A stretch of DNA of 64,000 bases from Candidatus Methanomethylophilaceae archaeon (lineage in GTDB: Archaea; Thermoplasmatota; Thermoplasmata; Methanomassiliicoccales; Methanomethylophilaceae). The notes under the pieces are model-generated. The model saw nothing but the letters and a program-made list of their open reading frames with translations, had not been told where the DNA came from and did not search any database. Position numbers and translations under genes: made by a program. Position 1 is the stretch's first letter, and every line of letters starts with the position of its first letter. This document shows, piece by piece, positions 18,758-29,100 of this stretch. The stretch is taken from NCBI GenBank assembly GCA_944320495.1, contig CALUHR010000013.1, positions 128,001 to 192,000 on the forward strand, read 5' to 3'.

Positions 18758-19701
18758 TCGGGATGGATGAGATTATACTGGAAATCAGCGGGAATTGCAA
18801 TCTCGATTGCAATATGTGTGGATACGGAAGATCCAAAACGAAAGAAAAAAAGCTCATGACCCGCAAGATGTTCGAACATGTGATTGAACACTACTGCGAG
18901 GGCATACGGACCCTTCGGTTGAACGCGTGTGGAGAGAGTACTATACACCCTGAATTTAAAGAACTCCTATCCTACGCAAGACAGACACTGCCTGACGTTG
19001 ATATCAAACTATTCTCCAACATCAATTATCGGGATCCGTCCATCTCGAAAGCCATAGTAGATGCGGATGTGCAACTGATCATGTCCATAGACTCTGTGGA
19101 TCGTGATCGTATAGGGATCATAAGACGCGGATCGGACTATGACACCATTATGCGCAACTTCGATTATCTGTCCAGAAATCTGAAATTGAAGGCTGTTATG
19201 TTTACTCTGCAGACCAGAAACTTCGATGAGCTGATGGAGGTCGGAAGGTTCTCGCTAGATCACGATTGCCACTTCTTCTGCAACATGGTTAATGGTGAAC
19301 CGCACCTCTCGGAGTTGGAATCGCTGCTGATGAACGAAGACAATCTGATGAAGCTTAGATCTGAATTCGAAGAACTTCATCGTCTCGCGGTTTCAAAAGG
19401 GCTTAGAGCATTTCTGCCAGACCACGTCGGAACTGTGCACATACCGGCAAATGAAACAGACGACCTTATGCTAAAAACCACTGGGCAGGGCCGTTGTAAT
19501 CGTTTCCAATCCGAACTATGCATACATTATGATGGCACGGTGACACCTTGCGGAATGTTCAACCCCTATATCTACGGGAATGTCATGGATTACACTCGCG
19601 AATCTCTGCTGGAATCGGAAAGATATCGTCTTTTCCAGAAAAACCAGGCCAATGATGATTACTGCAAAAACTGCGGATGCATGCTGGTTCAGGAATTATG
19701 A
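18754..19701 (+). CDS. Radical SAM protein with SPASM/twitch domain
   Basis: CNLDCNMC, GESTIHP, SIDS; C-terminal CNRF...DGTVTPC...YGNV...CKNC. Confidence 0.9.
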   Translation: MIGMDEIILEISGNCNLDCNMCGYGRSKTKEKKLMTRKMFEHVIEHYCEGIRTLRLNACGESTIHPEFKELLSYARQTLPDVDIKLFSNINYRDPSISKAIVDADVQLIMSIDSVDRDRIGIIRRGSDYDTIMRNFDYLSRNLKLKAVMFTLQTRNFDELMEVGRFSLDHDCHFFCNMVNGEPHLSELESLLMNEDNLMKLRSEFEELHRLAVSKGLRAFLPDHVGTVHIPANETDDLMLKTTGQGRCNRFQSELCIHYDGTVTPCGMFNPYIYGNVMDYTRESLLESERYRLFQKNQANDDYCKNCGCMLVQEL

Positions 19702-20993
19702 CCGTGACGCCTAGATCAAATGATGGCCTTTCGATAATCATCATTACACATAACAATGAATATATTGTAAGAGTTGTGGAGGCCGTATTGGAACAGATCT
19801 CACCGGTAGACGAGGTCATACTTGTGAATGATCATTCGGATGAAAGATTCCTAAGCGGCATCCCCACACATCCATCATTGAAGATTGTAACACCGGTGAT
19901 GGAGGGCAACAGGAGCCATAATAGGAATATCGGTGCTGAACTCTCATCCCGCGGAATCCTAGTCTTTATCGATGGGGATGTCCTAATCCAAGAAGGATCG
20001 CTATCTTGTATACGCGATACGGGTAAACATACACCCCTCACCTTCAATGTCATGGCACAGTCAATCACTCTGGAACAGTTGTGTATGCTGAATCAGAGAA
20101 CGGACATTATGAACGCCGTACTGAACAAGAGATTCGAGTATCTGGATCACCTCGACGGTATGCGTGATTGGCGCTTGGATGATTCACCCTACGGTCCTGA
20201 CATGGAGGATTGGTGCGTGTTCTACACATTGTTCTGTTCCATCCCAAAACATCTCTTCGTTCAGGCAGGAGGATTCGACGAATCCATTCACGGATGGGGC
20301 TGTGAAGACGTGGATCTTGGATTCAGACTGAAACGGATGGGAGCGAACATACATTTCATCGAAACAATTCGTGCTATACACATTCCACACCCCCGTAACA
20401 ACTACATTCAGAACTTGAATGGACGCAGGAATCTCTACCATATGCTCCAAAGATACAGGGATATCGACATTGAACGCGTGATAGCATTCGGCACATCATG
20501 TATGGTCAGATCTGCTTTATCGAACATACTCGAGAAATGCTCATCCATGGATGATACGAGTATAATACCGTCAGATTGTGATTTGATTCTCACATTTCGT
20601 TCTGGAAATCCAGTCTTGATAGTACGCGATAAAGACAGAAAAACCGAATGGCCATCAATGGGTCTAGCTATACCGTTTGAGAACACCCACTTTCATCAAG
20701 CGTACATTTCTGAGAATTACTTCCTGCTCCCTGAAGGATTATATTGCAGGGTTCTTCAGGAACTGTGTCGCGTTTCGAAGTATGTGATTACAAGATGTCC
20801 CGATAGAAAAAACAGACCGACATTCGATAGATGGGTTCATGACTCTTTGAAACACGCATACTGCTACACAGATATCATCCATCTATCCAATCAAATCAGG
20901 GATTTTTCATTCCAAAACAACGGAGAGTACATCGAAGTTTCATATCAGCCTGGATTTGATAATAGTCGCGAACCTAACATGTTGAATGATCGA
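19698..20993 (+). CDS. GT2 glycosyltransferase with degenerate methyltransferase-like C-terminus; ends at CGA 20991-20993 (standard-code end 21431)
   Basis: SIIIITHN, LVNDHS, FIDGD, GGFDE, GWGCEDVDLGFRL; tail IPFENTHF...LQELCRVSK. Confidence 0.82.
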
Positions 20994-21062
20994 TTCGATG
21001 TCCCATCCATAACAAGAGTGGAACAGGTTGAGATTCAATGGCATATGAACCTCAATTCGAAA

Positions 21063-21125
21063 TTCCGAGGGCATGCGGATGAATCGCGGACGGCCGTTAT
21101 GAGCGTTGGCGATGTAGAATCGGTA
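21063..21125 (+). repeat. Right copy of 63-bp direct repeat flanking the island
   Basis: TTCCGAGGGCATGCGGATGAATCGCGGACGGCCGTTATGAGCGTTGGCGATGTAGAATCGGTA; 4 mismatches to the left copy. Confidence 0.92.
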
Positions 21126-21148
21126 TCACGACGCAGAAGACGGAGCCG

Positions 21149-22297
21149 TCACCTTCTAGCCACCCGTGCCTCCAGACCGTCGATCCTGGACCCCAGAAGA
21201 TCCACTATCGCCGCATCCCTCCCGGTCCTGCGGAACATCTCCACCTTGGAGAACACCTCGCAGGCCCTGTCGACCCCCTCCCTCAGGGCGTCGAAGTCGA
21301 TCCATCCGACATCGCGGACCAGCCTCATCTGCTCCGACCAGTGCTCGGAGAAGGGCTTGCACCCCTTACCCGCATCTGCGACGATCGAACCCTCCCAGCA
21401 GTCGAACCCCATGCTGGAGCCGCTGTCATAGACCGGTGCGGGGGACACCCATTCCAGGGAATGCGCGTCGCGGATTATGCCGAAGTTGTTGAGATGGCGG
21501 TCGCCGTTGGCGATGACATAGTCCAGGACCATCATCCGGTCCAGTGCCGGGACGGCGTCGATGCCGTGACGGGCGCAGCACGAGACGTAGTGGTCGTAGT
21601 CCGGCACTCCCGCATCATGGACCTCCGAACGCATGACCTGGTACGCCGGGACGAGCTCCGTGTCCGCGGTCACGAAGTCCTCGCATACGCTGCACGGGGT
21701 GCCTCCATAGTCTATCACGGAGTAATCGACATGATCCATACCGAGCGAATCCGCTATGATGCCCGCAGCCACCTCGTTGAACGGCTCCTGCATGTATGGC
21801 TTCGTTCCAGATTTGATGAGACAGCGCCTTCCGTCCATGATCTTCCAACGCTTGGTCAGCATACCGTCAGAAGCAGAGTCCGGCGATGAGAAATCCATGG
21901 AACCCGTCCAGACCTCCCTCCCGAAAAGAAGATCTCCAACATCGTCCGAGAAGGGATTATCGAAGAAATTCACCTCGGACCATTCGAGATCCGAACCAAC
22001 CGGACGTATCCAGTAGTGGTCCGATAGGCTCAATCCCAATGATTTCCTCAGGAGTAATTCAGTGTTGGAGATGTCGAGCTTCTCGAGTACATGCTTGATT
22101 CCGCTACGCGACATAGGAATCGCTCTGGAGGACCACCATCTCTGAAGCCTCTCCGGACGTACGATATCATCTATCACAGTGCCCACAGGCATGTGTGCCA
22201 CATCGTACACACTCCCCATGTGCACCATGACCCCTGTGACATACTCGAGATCGATGGAGGCGACCGTGACATCCCCGTGCATCAGCTCGAACAGCAT
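21149..22297 (-). CDS. HipA-like kinase domain protein
   Basis: SDGMLTKRW, LIKSG, EPFNEV, DYVIANGDRHLNNFGII, APVYDSGSS; the ATG at 22312 is followed directly by CGA, so the start is placed at 22297. Confidence 0.85.
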   Translation of the reverse strand: MLFELMHGDVTVASIDLEYVTGVMVHMGSVYDVAHMPVGTVIDDIVRPERLQRWWSSRAIPMSRSGIKHVLEKLDISNTELLLRKSLGLSLSDHYWIRPVGSDLEWSEVNFFDNPFSDDVGDLLFGREVWTGSMDFSSPDSASDGMLTKRWKIMDGRRCLIKSGTKPYMQEPFNEVAAGIIADSLGMDHVDYSVIDYGGTPCSVCEDFVTADTELVPAYQVMRSEVHDAGVPDYDHYVSCCARHGIDAVPALDRMMVLDYVIANGDRHLNNFGIIRDAHSLEWVSPAPVYDSGSSMGFDCWEGSIVADAGKGCKPFSEHWSEQMRLVRDVGWIDFDALREGVDRACEVFSKVEMFRRTGRDAAIVDLLGSRIDGLEARVARR

Positions 22298-22463
22298 GCA
22301 ATCATGTCGCATATGCTATCGTTCTCTTTAGAACCTGCTCTCATAATTCAATGTCCCAGCAAATGTTCGAAACGACGGATCGTCTGGTAACTGGAACGAT
22401 AACACAATTCCGTACTTTCGTAACACGAAGACTATTTAACGTATGCAACGGGTTACCCGCCCC

Positions 22464-23114
22464 ATGCACATAGTCCAGCCCGGCACCGAGATCGATGTTC
22501 TGAAACAGAACAACAAGATCGCCCATGAGAACTACCGTCTGCTGAAGCAGCACAACATCAAGTCCATCGACTTCATGGGCTCCATAGGCGCCGGCAAGAC
22601 CGCGCTCATCATCAAGCTCGCAGAGAAGCTCAGGGCCAAGGGCGTCCGCGTCTGCGCCATCGCCGGCGACGTCACCGGTGACGACGACTACACCAGATTC
22701 GAGAAGTCCGGACTCGAGTCGGTGAACTGCAACACCGGCCACGAGTGCCATCTCGACGCCAACCTCATCAAGAAGACGCTTGCCGACATCAACCTGGACG
22801 ACTACGACGTGCTCTTCATCGAGAACGTGGGCAACCTCGTCTGCCCTGCGGACTTCCCCCTCGGCACCGACCTGAGGGTCGTCGTCGTGTCCGTCACCGA
22901 GGGCGATGACATGGTCAGGAAGCACCACGACATCTTCATCCACTCCGATGTGGCCATCCTCAACAAGGTGGACATCGCCGACGCCGTGGACGTGGACCCG
23001 GAGGTCATCGCCAGGGACTACAACAAGCTCACCGGCGGCGTCAAGAACATCCTCAAGTGCAGCGTGAAGAAGGACCAGGGCCTGGACGAGATCCTCGCCG
23101 CCCTCAAGCTATGA
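22464..23114 (+). CDS. hypB: Hydrogenase nickel incorporation GTPase HypB
   Basis: GSIGAGKT, CHLDA, ENVGNLVCP, SVTEG, NKVD. Confidence 0.95.
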   Translation: MHIVQPGTEIDVLKQNNKIAHENYRLLKQHNIKSIDFMGSIGAGKTALIIKLAEKLRAKGVRVCAIAGDVTGDDDYTRFEKSGLESVNCNTGHECHLDANLIKKTLADINLDDYDVLFIENVGNLVCPADFPLGTDLRVVVVSVTEGDDMVRKHHDIFIHSDVAILNKVDIADAVDVDPEVIARDYNKLTGGVKNILKCSVKKDQGLDEILAALKL

Positions 23115-23123
23115 GGTGGCGAC

Positions 23124-24446
23124 ATGAGGGTTCTCACCGTCGGAGGCGGAGGAAGGGAGCATGCCGCCGTGGAGGCGTTCCACAGGGCCGGCTCCGAGCT
23201 GTACTGCGTCATGAAGAACGCCAACCCCGGCATCCTCGCCAGAGCCAAGGGCCACCTCCTGTGCGACGAGAAGGACGTCGCCAAGGTCGTGGAGTTCGCC
23301 AAGGCGAACGACATCGAGCTCGCGTTCATCGGCCCCGAGGCCCCGCTCGGCGAGGGCATCGTCGATGCTCTCGAGGCCGCCGGCATCAGGTGCGCCTCCC
23401 CCACGAAGGCCGCCGCGAGGATCGAGACGTCCAAATCGTTCATGAGGGAGCTCGTGGAGAGACACGGCATCGACGGGAACCTCTCCTACGCCAGCTTCGA
23501 CAACGCCGAGGACGCCGAGGCCTATCTGAAGGGGATCGACCACGAGATCGTCGTAAAGCCCGTCGGCCTCACCGGCGGCAAGGGAGTCAAGGTCCAGGGC
23601 GAGCACCTCCACGGTTTCGACGAGACCATGGAGTACGTCAGGGAGATCTTCGACGGCAACATCGGCGGCGCAGGGGTCATCCTCGAGGAGAGGGCGGTGG
23701 GCGAGGAGTTCACCCAGATGGTCTTCTCCGACGGGGAGCGCGTCGTCCCCATGCCCCTGGTCCAGGACCACAAGAGGGCCTACGAGGGCGATGTCGGCCC
23801 CAACACCGGCGGAATGGGCTCCTACACCGACGCGGACCATCTCCTCCCGTTCATCGGAGAGGACGACCGCATGAAGGCCATCGCCATCGTCCAGTCAATC
23901 GTGGATGCCCTGGCCGAAGAGGGATGCCCCTACCGCGGCGTGATGTACGGCCAGTTCATGCTCACCATCAACGGCCCGAAGATCATCGAGATCAACGCCA
24001 GATTCGGCGACCCGGAGGCCATGAACGTCCTGACCGTACTGGATTCGAACTTCGAGGACATCTGCTGGAGGATGGCCACCGGCACCCTGGACGCTGGCGC
24101 GGAGTTCTCCCCCAAGGCGACCGTCTGCAAGTACGTCGTCCCGAAGGGATACGGCGTCAAGTCCGAGGCTGGCCACGAGATCTCCGTCGACGAGGAGGCC
24201 ATCCGCGGATGCGGGGCCGTGGCGTACTACGCGAACGTCGACATGAGGGACGGCAAGCTCGTCACCGGCACCTCCAGGTCCATCGGGGTGGTCGGCATCG
24301 GCGACTCCATCGAGGAGGCCGAGGCCAACTGCGAGAGGGCCCTCGCGCACGTGAGGTGCGACGCAGTGTTCGTCCGCCACGACATCGGAACCCGCGAGCT
24401 GGTCCAGCGCAGGGTCGACCACATGAAGGCCCTCAGGTCCGCATGA
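23124..24446 (+). CDS. purD: Phosphoribosylamine-glycine ligase
   Basis: GGGGREHA, GPEAPL, QDHKRAYEGDVGPNTGGMGSY, EINARFGDPE. Confidence 0.97.
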   Translation: MRVLTVGGGGREHAAVEAFHRAGSELYCVMKNANPGILARAKGHLLCDEKDVAKVVEFAKANDIELAFIGPEAPLGEGIVDALEAAGIRCASPTKAAARIETSKSFMRELVERHGIDGNLSYASFDNAEDAEAYLKGIDHEIVVKPVGLTGGKGVKVQGEHLHGFDETMEYVREIFDGNIGGAGVILEERAVGEEFTQMVFSDGERVVPMPLVQDHKRAYEGDVGPNTGGMGSYTDADHLLPFIGEDDRMKAIAIVQSIVDALAEEGCPYRGVMYGQFMLTINGPKIIEINARFGDPEAMNVLTVLDSNFEDICWRMATGTLDAGAEFSPKATVCKYVVPKGYGVKSEAGHEISVDEEAIRGCGAVAYYANVDMRDGKLVTGTSRSIGVVGIGDSIEEAEANCERALAHVRCDAVFVRHDIGTRELVQRRVDHMKALRSA

Positions 24447-25219
24447 CGGACATAGCCGTCAGGGTCGCCTACCGCGGCGAGGGGTTCTACGGGTCGCAGA
24501 TGCAGCCCAGGCTCCCCACCGTGGAGGGGACCCTGCTGGCGAACATCGTCCGCGTGACCGAGATGGATCCGGAGGACGTGTGCCTCAGGCTCGCCAGCCG
24601 CACGGACAAGGGGGTCAGCGCCACAGGCAACGTCGCATCCTTCGAGAGCGGCGGCGCCGACCCCGTCAACCTTCTAAAGGCCCTCAACTCGGTGCACGGC
24701 GGCGTGCTGTGCACCGCCTACGCCGAGGTGGACGACGACTTCACGCCGCGCCACGCGGACCGCAGGACATACGAGTACGTAGCCAAGGCCCGCGGGCTCG
24801 ATGCGGACGTGGCGAACGAGTGCCTCTCCATGTTCCGCGGGAGGAGGGACTTCTCCGGCTTCTGCAAGGCCGAGGGGAAGGACCCTGTCATCGACCTCAC
24901 GAGGGCGGACGCCGTCGTGGACGGCGACGTCCTGATAATGACCTTCGAGGCGGACCACTTCCTCTGGAACATGGTCCGCAGGATATCCGCCGCGGTCCTC
25001 CGCGCGGCATCCGGCAGGATGCCCGTGTCCAGGATCGAGGAGGCCCTCGCCGGCGGATGGTCCAACTTCGGGATAGCCCCGGCCGAGGGGCTGACCCTCA
25101 CCGACGTGTTCTACGATGGGATGGGGTTCATCCCATCCCCCGACCCGGCCCTCGCGTACAGGAAGGCGGACGGACTATACTCGGCGAGGCTCGCCGAGAG
25201 GTTCTACGGGAAGCTCCGA
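24443..25219 (+). CDS. truA: tRNA pseudouridine(38-40) synthase; ends at CGA 25217-25219 (standard-code end 25291)
   Basis: AYRGEGFYGSQMQP, ASRTDKGVSA, FLWNMVRRI, APAEGLTL. Confidence 0.93.
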
Positions 25220-25297
25220 AGGCGGCCCCGGTCTCAAGAATATCCAGAAGTAAGGGGTTTCGAGGTGGTTTTGGCGGGTCACCCCGCCTGAGACGCA

Positions 25298-26125
25298 TCA
25301 GCGCCTGGACTTGGGCTTGCCGTAGTTCTTCACGGGCTTCCTGTAGACCCAGATGATGACCAGGGCCAGCAGGATGATCACGATCACGAGGAGCGCGACC
25401 CACATGGTGTAGCTGCTGTCTCCGATGTAGAAGGTGTACTCCTCACCGAGACCGCTGATGGTCACCATGTTGCCGTCGTCGGCCGGCTGCAGGGAGAAGG
25501 TGTAGGCACCCTCTCCGGCGTCGGTGACCCAGTCGTAGGTGACGGTGGTGGATCCCTCCTTCGCGAGGTCGAAGGTGGTGAAGCTGTCCTCGATCCTCTC
25601 GCCGTTGACGTAGAAGTACACGCCGTACCCGGTGAGGTCCTGCCCGGACTCGTTGGTCAGGGTGACGCTCAGGGTGATGGGCTCGACGACCTTGATGTCG
25701 AAGGTGTCCTCCTTGGCGAGGTCCTCGGCGGGGATGTCGACGGTCTCGCCCTCATCATCGGTGTAGGATGCCTCCACGTCGTAGGTGACTATCAGCCTGT
25801 AGCTTCCGGCGGTGTCCGGGGCATCGACGGAGAGGGTGGCGGAGCCACCGTTGTCGAGGTCCCCGGAGCTGGGGCTGACGCCGTTGCTGACGGTCTCGCC
25901 GGACGAGTCCACGAGCTTCGCATCGTAGGAGATGGCCATGGAGAGGTCCTGGTACGAGTCGTAATCGTGGTTGGTGTAGGTGATCGTGTACTCCGCGTCG
26001 TCCCCGGTGCCGACGACCGGGTCGCCGTCCACGTTGGAGTAGACGGCGTCGGTCTCGGCGATGGGCACGAGGCAGGCGACGAGGATCGCCGCGAGGGCGA
26101 CCACAGCGATTGTCTTGATGTTCAT
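25298..26125 (-). CDS. Secreted Ig-like protein with C-terminal membrane anchor
   Basis: Signal peptide MNIKTIAVVALAAIL, beta-rich acidic body, C-terminal TM plus basic tail; ATGA overlap with the aglB-like gene. Confidence 0.8.
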   Translation of the reverse strand: MNIKTIAVVALAAILVACLVPIAETDAVYSNVDGDPVVGTGDDAEYTITYTNHDYDSYQDLSMAISYDAKLVDSSGETVSNGVSPSSGDLDNGGSATLSVDAPDTAGSYRLIVTYDVEASYTDDEGETVDIPAEDLAKEDTFDIKVVEPITLSVTLTNESGQDLTGYGVYFYVNGERIEDSFTTFDLAKEGSTTVTYDWVTDAGEGAYTFSLQPADDGNMVTISGLGEEYTFYIGDSSYTMWVALLVIVIILLALVIIWVYRKPVKNYGKPKSRR

Positions 26126-29100
26126 CTGCGTGCAAACACCCCCCTCTTGCTGGCGAGCCAGAAGGCAGCGATTATCATGAGGATGATCACAGCGACGAGG
26201 AACCAGACTCCCGAGGGGATTCCGGACCTCTCGTCGATCGCATCTCCTCCGCTGACACCGGAGTCGTCCACGGTGACGGAGATCTCCTGGGGCTCCAGGG
26301 CCTTGGTGCTGCTCGCGTCTCCGGAGATGGTGACGGTGATTCCCTGCACTGGCGAGGAGGCGACGTTGCCGTCCTCGTCGGGGTCGGCACCCATCTGCAT
26401 GAGAGCGATGTAGTAGGTGACGGTCTGGAGTCCGTAGATGGTGACCTCGGCGCCGGACTCGGCGACGAGGGTTCCGTCGGCGTCCACGAGGGTGACGTAC
26501 CATCCATCGATGTGGCCGAAGCCGATCTGGACGTTCTTGGCGTAGACGTCCTTGTTGACGAAGGTCACGGCGTACATGTACTGGGATGCGGAGATCCTGT
26601 CGTTGGCCGCCCCCTCGTCTCCTGCGTAGAGGATGTCCATGCCCTCGCTGCCGGTGGCAGGGGCGGAGTTCTCGGTGATGGCCTCGGTGACGGTGTCGGT
26701 TCCGTTGATGTCGGAGACGATCAGGTCCACGCCGTCCAGACCGGGCGCGACGGTGGCCGCGTCGTAGTATCCGGTGACGGTGGCCTGCACGGACTCTCCG
26801 GCGGGGACGGTCACGGTGACGCCCCTGTCGAGGGACCAGGCGGACCCTGCGGAGACGGCATAGGACATGGCCTTCTCACCGTTGTTGGTGACGGTGAACT
26901 GGACGGTGGCCCTTCCGTCGGCGAACTCGGCGCGGTCGATGGCGACCTCGAAGGCGGGCTCGTCCTCCTCGGAGTCATCGGCGGGAGCGTCGGAGCTCAG
27001 GACGGAGATGTTCCTGATGCATCCGTCGGTCATGTTGACGAGGTCCTCGGTGGCGGAGAACCAGTGCTCGACGGAGGCGACGGTGGCGCTGACCTCGACG
27101 GTCGCGGTGACGTCGCTCATGTCGGCCGGCAGCCTGAGGGTGAAGGCACCGTCGGTGACGTCGAACTGCCTCTTGACGTCCCCGGACTCGACCGTGATGG
27201 TTCCGTCGGCGTTGATTCCGACGTATCCGGTGACCTCCATGACGCTCTGGGTGGCCTTCATGTCGAGGGTCACGGCCTCACGGGAGTCGCCGGTGAGGTC
27301 GACGTACCCGTAGGCGATCTTGACGTCGCTGGCGTCGGAGCGGTTGGTGGAGGAGATGTAGTACTCGTGTCCGACCTCGAGGTAGTATCCTCCGTCGAAG
27401 GAGTGGTAGGACCCCTCGGTCTGGATGGAGATCGCGTCGGACTCGTTCTTCTGGATGTTGGCGGTGACGACCTCGACGACGTCCAGTCCGACGAACTCGG
27501 TCTGGCCGGGGTAGAGGTAGACGGTTCCGCTGAAGTAGTATCCGGAGGCTCCGTCGATGGTGATCTCGTACTCGCCGGGGCAGAGCTCCTGGGCGACTCC
27601 GGCCTCCATCGAGATGGTCTCGTCTCCCTCGTAGAAGTCGAGCTCGGCGTCGTAGTCCAGGGTGACGGACTGCTGCTTGACGACGTTCTTCTGGTCGTCG
27701 GTGTATCCGACGTACTGGATGGTGACGGTCCTGGTCGTGTTGGAGGACCCGGAGGACACGTCCTGCGTCATGCTCTCGCAGGCGAAGCTGTCGTTCTCGA
27801 GGGTTCCGTCGGCGTTGTTGAAGCTGACGACGGCCTCGATGCCGTCGGGGATGTAGTAGTACGCGACACCGCTGGTGTTGGTCATGGAGACGACCTGGTA
27901 CTCCCTCTCCTGGTAGGTGTAGGTGATCATTCCCTTGACGAAGGGCAGGTTGACGTTGCCGTCCCCGGTGGCGGAATCGTACCTGAGGGTGGCGCTGATC
28001 CTCCTTCCGTCGACGGTGTCGAGATCGCCGAGCTCGGTGCTGGTGCCGCTGACGCTGGCGGATCCGATGTAGACCCTGTCGCCGCTGTTGTAGGCGTTGA
28101 TGGTGTATGTGCCGGCGGGCACGAAGGCGGTGAACGCGCCGTCCTCGTCGGTGGTCGCCTTCACGGTGAATCCGTTCTCGTCGTAGAACACGACGGTACC
28201 GGACACGCCGTCCTCCCCGTCCTTGAGCGTTCCGGTGACCTTGGAGTACTGCCCGCTCTGGAGCGTGACGGAGTCCCCTCCGGTGTAGACCGCGTGGTAG
28301 ACGGTGGTGCCGCTGACGCCGTAGACGCTGTAGGACATCGCGTCGGTGGCGATGCTGACGGGCACGTCGAAGGTGCCGTTCTCGACATCGGAGACCGTGC
28401 TGAACTCACCGGCGTAGACGGCGAGGGCGACGCCCTCGGGGGCGTTGTCGATGCTGACGGTCCTCGACTCGTAGGCGGTCATGGTGACGCTCCTGTTGGA
28501 GCTGCTGGCGTTCTGGACGCTGGAGGTCATGGAGACCAGTCCGTTGCCCAGGGAGACGGTGTACTTGCCGGGGATCACATCGATCTCGGCCTTTCCGTCC
28601 TCGCCGATGGCGGTCTTGAACTGGGCGCCGGTGACGGTGTTGGTGGCGATGACCACGGGAGCCTCATCGTAGGCGCTTCCGTCGATCACGTTGTCATAGA
28701 CGTCCTCGACCGTCGCGGTGATCTTCTTGGTGGTGGGGGTGATGACGATTCCGGTGGTGTCGCCGGGGTGGATCGTGACGGATCCGGACCCGAGGGAGGT
28801 CCCGTCGGCCCCATAGAGGATGTAGCTGTAGGTTCCGGGCAGGACGTTCTCGATGACGATCTGTCCGCCGGTGATCTGGATCTCGACGTCCTCGGGCTCC
28901 GCACCTCCGCTGAGGGTGAGCATCATGTCCTCGGCATCGTAGATCTCGCCGTTGACCTGGACCTCGCCGGTGGCGACGGCGTCCGGGATCACGGTGACCT
29001 GCTGGACGGCGGAGGACGTGAAGGAGTCGACGAGCACGTCGCCGATGCTGATGTCCACGCGGTAGTCGCCGTCGGGGACGAGCGCGCTGTAGGCGCCGTC

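Larger units (their letters stand above)
6780..21062. mobile_element. About 14.3-kb lower-GC genomic island (glycosylation/lipid-tailoring cluster), no integrase seen
   Basis: Abrupt drop in GC and GC3 judged by eye; bounded by 63-bp direct repeats; two divergent tightly coupled operons. Confidence 0.8.

Noticed and set aside
6780-21062. Island as a RiPP (SPASM peptide maturase) cluster
   Set aside because: No convincing precursor, PqqD/RRE domain, peptidase or exporter; the context is sugar and prenyl chemistry
20994-21431. Last island GT2 apparently truncated at the right junction and reading 283 nt antisense into the HipA-like gene
   Set aside because: An in-frame CGA at 20991-3 ends it inside the island; the tail is non-coding under the CGA-stop model
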